Positions 15,001 to 24,996 of a stretch of DNA of 64,000 nucleotides are shown piece after piece (within the stretch, counting starts at the first letter, position 1; every line of letters begins with the position of its first letter). The stretch comes from Balanoglossus misakiensis (lineage: Eukaryota; Animalia; Hemichordata), in contig CM082590.2 in assembly GCA_040954595.2 (NCBI GenBank), positions 8,557,764 to 8,621,763 on the forward strand. Direction: 5' to 3'. Under the pieces are notes generated by a model. It ran no database searches, had not been told where the DNA came from, and saw nothing but the letters and a program-made list of their open reading frames with translations. Made by a program: the position numbers and the translations under genes.

Positions 15001-17400
15001 ATGTCAAAATTTCCGAAATTGGCAAAGTGGGCATTCGTCATATTATCATCATTTCCATGGCCTATAACCCATGAAAAGTGACCACAGATGTCAAAATTTC
15101 CGAAATTGGCAAAGTGGGCATTGGTCATTTTATCATCATTTCCATGGCCTATAACCCATGAAAAGTGACCACAGATGTCAAAATTTCCGAAATTGGCAAA
15201 GTGGGCATTCGTCATTTTATCATCATTTCCATGGCCTATAACCCATGAAAAGTGACCACAGATGTCAAAATTTCCGAAATTGGCAAAGTGGGCATTCGTC
15301 ATTTTATCATCATTTCCATGGCCTATAACCCATGAAAAGTGACCACAGATGTCAAAATTTCCGAAATTGGCAAAGTGGGCATTCGTCATTTTATCATCAT
15401 TTCCATGGCCTATAACCCATGAAAAGTGACCACAGATGTCAAAATTTCCGAAATTGGCAAAGTGGGCATTCGTCATTTTATCATCATTTCCATGGCCTAT
15501 AACCCATGAAAAGTGACCACAGATGTCAAAATTTCCGAAATTGGCAAAGTGGGCATTCGTCATTTTATCATCATTTCCATGGCCTATAACCCATGAAAAG
15601 TGACCACAGATGTCAAAATTTCCGAAATTGGCAAAGTGGGTATTCGTCATTTTATCATCATTTCCATGGCCTATAACCCATGAAAAGTGACCACAGATGT
15701 CAAAATTTCCGAAATTGGCAAAGTGGGCATTCGTCATATTATCATCATTTCCATGGCCTATAACCCATGAAAAGTGACCACAGATGTCAAAATTTCCGAA
15801 ATTGGCAAAGTGGGCATTCGTCATTTTATCATCATTTCCATGGCCTATAACCCATGAAAAGTGACCACAGATGTCAAAATTTCCGAAATTGGCAAAGTGG
15901 GCATTCGTCATTTTATCATCATTTCCATGGCCTATAACCCATGAAAAGTGACCACAGATGTCAAAATTTCCGAAATTGGCAAAGTGGGCATTCGTCATTT
16001 TATCATCATTTCCATGGCCTATAACCCATGAAAAGTGACCACAGATGTCAAAATTTCCGAAATTGGCAAAGTGGGCATTCGTCATTTTATCATCATTTCC
16101 ATGGCCTATAACCCATGAAAAGTGACCACAGATGTCAAAATTTCCGAAATTGGCAAAGTGGGCATTCGTCATTTTATCATCATTTCCATGGCCTATAACC
16201 CATGAAAAGTGACCACAGATGTCAAAATTTCCGAAATTGGCAAAGTGGGCATTCGTCATTTTATCATCATTTCCATGGCCTATAACCCATGAAAAGTGAC
16301 CACAGATGTCAAAATTTCCGAAATTGGCAAAGTGGGCATTCGTCATTTTATCATCATTTCCAGGGCCTATAACCCATGAAAAGTGACCACAGATGTCAAA
16401 ATTTCCGAAATTGGCAAAGTGGGCATTCGCCATTTTATCATCATTTCCATGGCCTATAACCCATGAAAAGTGACCACAGATGTCAAAATTTCCGAAATTG
16501 GCAAAGTGGGCATTCGTCATTTTATCATCATTTCCAGGGCCTATAACCCATGAAAAGTGACCACAGATGTCAAAATTTCCGAAATTGGCAAAGTGGGCAT
16601 TCGTCATTTTATCATCATTTCCAGGGCCTATAACCCATGAAAAGTGACCACAGATGTCAAAATTTCCGAAATTGGCAAAGTGGGCATTCGTCATTTTATC
16701 ATCATTTCCATGGCCTATAACCCATGAAAAGTGACCACAGATGTCAAAATTTCCGAAATTGGCAAAGTGGGCATTCGTCATTTTATCATCATTTCCATGG
16801 CCTATAACCCATGAAAAGTGACCACAGATGTCAAAATTTCCGAAATTGGCAAAGTGGGCATTCGTCATTTTATCATCATTTCCATGGCCTATAACCCATG
16901 AAAAGTGACCACAGATGTCAAAATTCCCGAAATTGGCAAAGTGGGCATTCGTCATTTTATCATCATTTCCATGGCCTATAACCCATGAAAAGTGACCACA
17001 GATGTCAAAATTTCCGAAATTGGCAAAGTGGGCATTCGTCATTTTATCATCATTTCCATGGCCTATAACCCATGAAAAGTGACCACAGATGTAAAAATTT
17101 CCGAAATTGGCAAAGTGGGCATTCGTCATTTTATCATCATTTCCATGGCCTATAACCCATGAAAAGTGACCACAGATGTCAAAATTTCCGAAATTGGCAA
17201 AGTGGGCATTCGTCATTTTATCATCATTTCCATGGCCTATAACCCATGAAAAGTGACCACAGATGTCAAAATTTCCGAAATTGGCAAAGTGGGCATTCGT
17301 CATTTTATCATCATTTCCATGGCCTATAACCCATGAAAAGTGACCAGAGATGACAAAATTTCCGAAATTCGCAAAGTCTGAATTCGTCATTTTTTCATCA
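1..17400. repeat. 87-bp tandem satellite array, about 200 copies, running off the left edge
   Basis: Unit TTTCCATGGCCTATAACCCATGAAAAGTGACCACAGATGTCAAAATTTCCGAAATTGGCAAAGTGGGCATTCGTCATTTTATCATCA repeats head-to-tail, mostly with 0-2 substitutions per copy. Two 1-nt indels at ~5315 (-G) and ~8780 (+T). The last monomer (~17345-17400) is markedly diverged. Confidence 0.98.
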
Positions 17401-20400
17401 CCTTCAGGTAAAAGCCTAGCCTTCCTGAACCCTTCGCCATCTAGATGTGTACTCGAAAAAGTTTGAAATTTACCGCACTATATTGCAGCATAACTACCAT
17501 GATCTTATTTGCACCGCAGCGGTGCAAATTCTTATTTGCACCGCAGCGGTGCAAATAAGAGTTCGCGGTGCGAATAAGAGTTCCCTGCACCGCAACGATT
17601 TGACCGTTCTTTATTCACTCCTCGGCGACAAAAAAGTTTTATTACGGCCTAAATAACGACTTTTTCGCTCCTCGGTTGGTCATGCGGACGGAAAGACACT
17701 GTTTTAGCGAGTTTATCTTTCTCTCTCCTGATGAGCACTCCGTATTTAGACTTGCCAAAGTGAACCGCGACAAAAAAATGACCAAGTTTCCCTGCATGTT
17801 TCTTATACCCGACAGATAAAAAACGCAGCGTAGATATTGAAATAAATTTGATTTATGAAAATGATAAAAATTACAATGATAATGTCGTTAAAAGTTCTCA
17901 CAAAAAAAAGAAATAGTAAAAAAGTGGTCTCGAACCAACATCAGTGGATACCTTCAGGTAAAAAGCCTAGCCTTCCTGAACCCTTCGCCATCTAGATGTG
18001 TACTCGAAAAAGTCGGAAATTTACCGCACTATATTGCAGCATAACTACCATGATCTTATTTGCACCGCAGCGGTGCAAATTCTTATTTGCACCGCAGCGG
18101 TGCAAATAAGAGTTCGCGGTGCAAATAAGAGTTCCCTGCACCGCAACGATTTGACCGTTCTTTATTCACTCCTCGGCGACAAAAAAGTTTTATTACGGCC
18201 TAAATAACGACTTTTTCGCTCCTCGGTTGGTCATGCGGACGGAAAGACACGGTTTTAGCGAGTTTATCTTTCTCTCTCCTGATGAGCACTCCGTATTCAG
18301 ACTTGCCCAAGTGAACCGCGACAAAAAAAAATGAGCAAGTTTCCCTGCATGTTTCTTATACCCGACAGATAAAAAACGCAGCGTAGATATTGAAATAAAT
18401 TGGATTTATGAAAATGATAAAAATTACAATGATAATGTCGTTAAAAGTTCTCACAAAAAAAAGAAATAGTAAAAAAGTGGTCTCGAACCAACATCAGTTG
18501 ATACCTTCAGGTAAAAGCCTAGCCTTCCTGAACCCTTCGCCATCTAGATGTGTACTCGAAAAAGTCGGAAATTTACCGCACTATATTGCAGCATAACTAC
18601 CATGATCTTATTTGCACCGCAGCGGTGCAAATTCTTATTTGCACCGCAGCGGTGCAAATAAGAGTTCGCGGTGCAAATAAGAGTTCCCTGCACCGCAACG
18701 ATTTGACCGTTCTTTATTCACTCCTCGGCGACAAAAAAGTTTTATTACGGCCTAAATAACGACTTTTTCGCTCCTCGGTTGGTCATTCGGACGCGGAAAG
18801 ACACGGTTTTAGCGAGTTTATCTTTCTCTCTCCTGATGAGCACTCCGTATTCAGACTTGCCCAAGTGAACCGCGACAAAAAAAATGACCAAGTTTCCCTG
18901 CATGTTTCTTATACCCGACAGATAAAAAACGCAGCGTAGATATTGAAATAAATTGGATTTATGAAAATGATAAAAATTACAATGATAATGTCGTTAAAAG
19001 TTCTCACAAAAAAAAGAAATAGTAAAAAAGTGGTCTCGAACCAACATCAGTTGATACCTTCAGGTAAAAGCCTAGCCTTCCTGAACCCTTCGCCATCTAG
19101 ATGTGTACTCGAAAAAGTCGGAAATTTACCGCACTATATTGCAGCATAACTACCATGATCTTATTTGCACCGCAGCGGTGCAAATTCTTATTTGCACCGC
19201 AGCGGTGCAAATAAGAGTTCGCGGTGCAAATAAGAGTTCCCTGCACCGCAACGATTTGACCGTTCTTTATTCACTCCTCGGCGACAAAAAAGTTTTATTA
19301 CGGCCTAAATAACGACTTTTTCGCTCCTCGGTTGGTCATTCGGACGCGGAAAGACACGGTTTTAGCGAGTTTATCTTTCTCTCTCCTGATGAGCACTCCG
19401 TATTCAGACTTGCCCAAGTGAACCGCGACAAAAAAAAATGACCAAGTTTCCCTGCATGTTTCTTATACCCGACAGATAAAAAACGCAGCGTAGATATTGA
19501 AATAAATTGGATTTATGAAAATGATAAAAATTACAATGATAATGTCGTTAAAAGTTCTCACAAAAAAAAGAAATAGTAAAAAAGTGGTCTCGAACCAACA
19601 TCAGTTGATACCTTCAGGTAAAAGCCTAGCCTTCCTGAACCCTTCGCCATCTAGATGTGTACTCGAAAAAGTCGGAAATTTACCGCACTATATTGCAGCA
19701 TAACTACCATGATCTTATTTGCACCGCAGCGGTGCAAATTCTTATTTGCACCGCAGCGGTGCAAATAAGAGTTCGCGGTGCAAATAAGAGTTCCCTGCAC
19801 CGCAACGATTTGACCGTTCTTTATTCACTCCTCGGCGACAAAAAAGTTTTATTACGGCCTAAATAACGACTTTTTCGCTCCTCGGTTGGTCATGCGGACG
19901 GAAAGACACGGTTTTAGCGAGTTTATCTTTCTCTCTCCTGATGAGCACTCCGTATTCAGACTTGCCCAAGTGAACCGCGACAAAAAAAAATGACCAAGTT
20001 TCCCTGCATGTTTCTTATACCCGACAGATAAAAAACGCAGCGTAGATATTGAAATAAATTGGATTTATGAAAATGATAAAAATTACAATGATAATGTCGT
20101 TAAAAGTTCTCACAAAAAAAAGAAATAGTAAAAAAGTGGTCTCGAACCAACATCAGTTGATACCTTCAGGTAAAAGCCTAGCCTTCCTGAACCCTTCGCC
20201 ATCTAGATGTGTACTCGAAAAAGTCGGAAATTTACCGCACTATATTGCAGCATAACTACCATGATCTTATTTGCACCGCAGCGGTGCAAATTCTTATTTG
20301 CACCGCAGCGGTGCAAATAAGAGTTCGCGGTGCAAATAAGAGTTCCCTGCACCGCAACGATTTGACCGTTCTTTATTCACTCCTCGGCGACAAAAAAGTT

Positions 20401-23400
20401 TTATTACGGCCTAAATAACGACTTTTTCGCTCCTCGGTTGGTCATGCGGACGGAAAGACACGGTTTTAGCGAGTTTATCTTTCTCTCTCCTGATGAGCAC
20501 TCCGTATTCAGACTTGCCCAAGTGAACCGCGACAAAAAAAATGAGCAAGTTTCCCTGCATGTTTCTTATACCCGACAGATAAAAAACGCAGCGTAGATAT
20601 TGAAATAAATTGGATTTATGAAAATGATAAAAATTACAATGATAATGTCGTTAAAAGTTCTCACAAAAAAAAGAAATAGTAAAAAAGTGGTCTCGAACCA
20701 ACATCAGTTGATACCTTCAGGTAAAAGCCTAGCCTTCCTGAACCCTTCGCCATCTAGATGTGTACTCGAAAAAGTCGGAAATTTACCGCACTATATTGCA
20801 GCATAACTACCATGATCTTATTTGCACCGCAGCGGTGCAAATTCTTATTTGCACCGCAGCGGTGCAAATAAGAGTTCGCGGTGCAAATAAGAGTTCCCTG
20901 CACCGCAACGATTTGACCGTTCTTTATTCACTCCTCGGCGACAAAAAAGTTTTATTACGGCCTAAATAACGACTTTTTCGCTCCTCGGTTGGTCATGCGG
21001 ACGGAAAGACACGGTTTTAGCGAGTTTATCTTTCTCTCTCCTGATGAGCACTCCGTATTCAGACTTGCCCAAGTGAACCGCGACAAAAAAAAATGACCAA
21101 GTTTCCCTGCATGTTTCTTATACCCGACAGATAAAAAACGCAGCGTAGATATTGAAATAAATTGGATTTATGAAAATGATAAAAATTACAATGATAATGT
21201 CGTTAAAAGTTCTCACAAAAAAAAGAAATAGTAAAAAAGTGGTCTCGAACCAACATCAGTTGATACCTTCAGGTAAAAGCCTAGCCTTCCTGAACCCTTC
21301 GCCATCTAGATGTGTACTCGAAAAAGTCGGAAATTTACCGAACTATATTGCAGCATAACTACCATGATCTTATTTGCACCGCAGCGGTGCAAATTCTTAT
21401 TTGCACCGCAGCGGTGCAAATAAGAGTTCGCGGTGCAAATAAGAGTTCCCTGCACCGCAACGATTTGACCGTTCTTTATTCACTCCTCGGCGACAAAAAA
21501 AATTTATTACGGCCTAAATAACGACTTTTTCGCTCCTCGGTTGGTCATTCGGACGCGGAAAGACACGGTTTTAGCGAGTTTATCTTTCTCTCTCCTGATG
21601 AGCACTCCGTATTCAGACTTGCCCAAGTGAACCGCGACAAAAAAAATGACCAAGTTTCCCTGCATGTTTCTTATACCCGACAGATAAAAAACGCAGCGTA
21701 GATATTGAAATAAATTGGATTTATGAAAATGATAAAAATTACAATGATAATGTCGTTAAAAGTTCTCACAAAAAAAAGAAATAGTAAAAAAGTGGTCTCG
21801 AACCAACATCAGTTGATACCTTCAGGTAAAAGCCTAGCCTTCCTGAACCCTTCGCCATCTAGATGTGTACTCGAAAAAGTCGGAAATTTACCGCACTATA
21901 TTTCAGCATGACTACCATGATCTTATTTGCACCGCAGCGGTGCAAATTCTTATTTGCACCGCAGCGGTGCAAATAAGAGTTCCCTGCACCGCAACGATCT
22001 GACCGTTCTTTATTCACTCCTCGGCGACAAAAAAGTTTTATTACGGCCTAAATAACGACTTTTTCGCTCCTTGGTTGGTCATTCGGACGCGGAAAGACAC
22101 GGTTTTAGCGAGTTTATCTTTCTCTCTCCTAATGAGCACTCCGTATTCAGACTTGCCCAAGTGAACCGCGACAAAAAAAATGACCAAGTTTCCCTGCATG
22201 TTTCTTATACCCGACAGATAAAAAACGCAGCGTAGATATTGAAATAAATTGGATTTATGAAAATGATAAAAATTACAATGATAATGTCGTTAAAAGTTCT
22301 CACAAAAAAAAGAAATAGTAAGAAAGTGGTCTCGAACCAACATCAGTTGATACCTTCAGGTAAAAGCCTAGCCTTCCTGAACCCTTCGCCATCTAGATGT
22401 GTACTCGAAAAAGTCGGAAATTTACCGCACTATATTGCAGCATAACTACCATGATCTTATTTGCACCGCAGCGGTGCAAATTCTTATTTGCACCGCAGCG
22501 GTGCAAATAAGAGTTCCCTGCACCGCAACGATTTGACCGTTCTTTATTTACTCCTCGGCGACAAAAAAGTTTTATTACGGCCTAAATAACGACTTTTTCG
22601 CTCCTTGGTTGGTCATGCGGACGGAAAGACACGGTTTTAGCGAGTTTATCTTTCTCTCTCCTGATGAGCACTCCGTATTCAGACTTGCCCAAGTGAACCG
22701 CGACAAAAAAATGACCAAGTTTCCCTGCATGTTTCTTATACCCGACAGATAAAAAACGCAGCGTAGATATTGAAATAAATTGGATTGATGAAAATGATAA
22801 AAATTACAATGATAATGTCGTTAAAAGTTCTCACAAAAAAAAGAAATGGTAAAAAAGTGGTCTCGAACCAACATCAGTTGATACCTTCAGGTAAAAGCCT
22901 AGCCTTCCTGAACCCTTCGCCATCTAGATGTGTACTCGAAAAAGTCGGAAATTTACCGCACTATATTGCAGCATAACTACCATGATCTTATTTGCACCGC
23001 AGCAGTGCAAATTCTTATTTGCACCGCAGCGGTGCAAATGAGAGTTCCCTGCACCGCAACGATTTGACCGTTCTTTATTCACTCCTCGGCGACAAAAAAG
23101 TTTTATTACGGCCTAAATAACGACTTTTTCGCTCCTTGGTTGGTCATGCGGACGGAAAGACACGGTTTTAGCGAGTTTATCTTTCTCTCTCCTGATGAGC
23201 ACTCCGTATTCAGACTTGCCCAAGTGAACCGCGACAAAAAAAATGACCAAGTTTCCCTGCATGTTTCTTATACCCGACAGATAAAAAACGCAGCGTAGAT
23301 ATTGAAATAAATTGGATTGATGAAAATGATAAAAATTACAATGATAATGTCGTTAAAAGTTCTCACAAAAAAAAGAAATGGTAAAAAAGTGGTCTCGAAC

Positions 23401-24316
23401 CAACATCAGTTGATACCTTCATGTAAAAGCCTAGCCTTCCTGAACCCTTCGCCATCTAGATGTGTACTCGAAAAAGTCGGAAATTTACCGCACTATATTG
23501 CATCATCACTACCCAATCTTATTTGCACCGCAGCGGTGCAAATTCTTATTTGCACCGCAGCGGTGCAAATAAGAGTTCCCTGCACCGCAACGATTTGACC
23601 GTTCTTTATTCACTCCTCGGCGACAAAAAAGTTTTATTACGGCCTAAATAACGACTTTTTCGCTCCTTGGTTGGTCATGCGGACGGAAAGACATGGTTTT
23701 AGCGAGTTTATCTTTCTCTCTCCTGATGAGCACTCCGTATTCAGACTTGCCCAAGTGAACCGCGACAAAAAAATGACCAAGTTTCCCTGCATGTTTCTTA
23801 TACCCGACAGATAAAAAACGCAGCGTAGATATTGAAATAAATTGGATTGATGAAAATGATAAAAATTACAATGATAATGTCGTTAAAAGTTCTCACAAAA
23901 AAAAAAGAAATGGTAAAAAAGTGGTCTCGAACCAACATCAGTTGATACCTTCAGGTAAAAGCCTAGCCTTCCTGAACCCTTCGCCATCTAGATGTGTACT
24001 CGAAAAAGTCGGAAATTTACCGCACTATATTGCAGCATAACTACCATGATCTTATTTGCACCGCAGCGGTGCAAATTCTTATTTGCACCGCAGCGGTGCA
24101 AATAAGAGTTCCCTGCACCGCAACGATTTGACCGTTCTTTATTCACTCCTCGGCGACAAAAAAGTTTTATTACGGCCTAAATAACGACTTTTTCGCTCCT
24201 TGGTTGGTCATGCGGACGGAAAGACACGGTTTTAGCGAGTTTATCTTTCTCTCTCCTGCTGATGTGTACTCGCGAAAATCGGAAATTTACCGCACTATAT
24301 TGCAGCATAACTACCA
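17401..24316. repeat. Tandem array of a ~552-bp unit (first 8 copies) and ~533-bp unit (later copies), about 12.5 copies
   Basis: Near-identical short ORFs recur at 17447, 17998, 18550, 19103, 19657, 20209, 20760 and 21312, then with a ~533-bp period. The unit contains the palindrome TTATTTGCACCGC-A-GCGGTGCAAATAA. Confidence 0.97.
18471..18549 (-). ncRNA. Candidate Pol III type-2, tRNA-like small RNA cassette (representative copy; 12 copies in the array)
   Basis: Minus strand reads ATCTAGA-TGGCGAAGGG (A-box-like, 18542-18533), 43 nt, GGTTCGAGACC (consensus B box, 18489-18479), then AC-TTTTTT (terminator-like). No acceptor stem can be formed, so it is not a canonical tRNA. Confidence 0.4.
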
Positions 24317-24996
24317 AGTACCCCTGACAGTAATGGACTACTCCATTTTGAGAAAGAAATTGTCAGGCTGCATGTTTAACTCGAAATCTCGAGTGAGGTA
24401 CAGACGCGGAAATGACCTCAAAGGCTTAATCAATTTGTGATACACTTATAGATGTACATGCTTGCTACAGATGACTGTATTAGGGGCCTACACATCTGCG
24501 TGTCCGAAATTCACGTGTGTTTTGAGACATACTTGTATATACATGCAGTTAGTTTAGTCTCTATCTGCTAGTCATTAACTTTGCCCAATAACACTGCATG
24601 ATACATGGTTGGCTTCTTATCACCCATAGCAACTGGTAAGTAATAGTAATACTGACGAACAAATAAAGTGAGGAATGCCCCCCCCCCCCCGCGCCTTAAT
24701 AACTGAATGCTCCCTAAAAGTAGAGTGGATTCAGACGTTTTTGTGCACATGCATTTGAAACTTGCCATGGCAACAGGGTAGGACATGGTTTCTTTGTACC
24801 GAGGATACAGATGGAATTGACAACTGATTTGAAATAGGTGACGTCTCATGGATGATGTGTTTGTTTTAAGGCTGCCTAGCATCTGCTGATGTGTGCCAAG
24901 TGTGTTTTCTCGTGAAAGGTTGACGGATATCGGATAAGAGGGATTCTTGATTGACAAATTCACGCGCTTGTATATATACAACGACGCTGGCCCGAA

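Noticed and set aside
5294-17390. 1166-aa and 2883-aa ORFs as real genes or a neuropeptide precursor
   Set aside because: They are translations of a 29-codon satellite unit, with no signal peptide, no dibasic sites and no unique flanking domain. Kept only as a low-interest finding.
18011-18024. 10-bp match TCGGAAATTT to the reverse complement of the 87-bp satellite
   Set aside because: Too short and AT-rich to show common origin.
18471-18549. Functional tRNA (e.g. tRNA-Sec)
   Set aside because: No acceptor stem, a 6-nt anticodon-like loop and a weak D stem; only promoter-like boxes and partial arms are present.
1-24316. CRISPR array or prokaryotic repeat system
   Set aside because: Units are head-to-tail with no unique spacers, there are no cas genes, and the context is eukaryotic.
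17447-24440. Repeated 62-93-aa ORFs in the 552-bp array
   Set aside because: Short, overlapping, disrupted by the 19-bp indel in later copies, and without recognisable domains.
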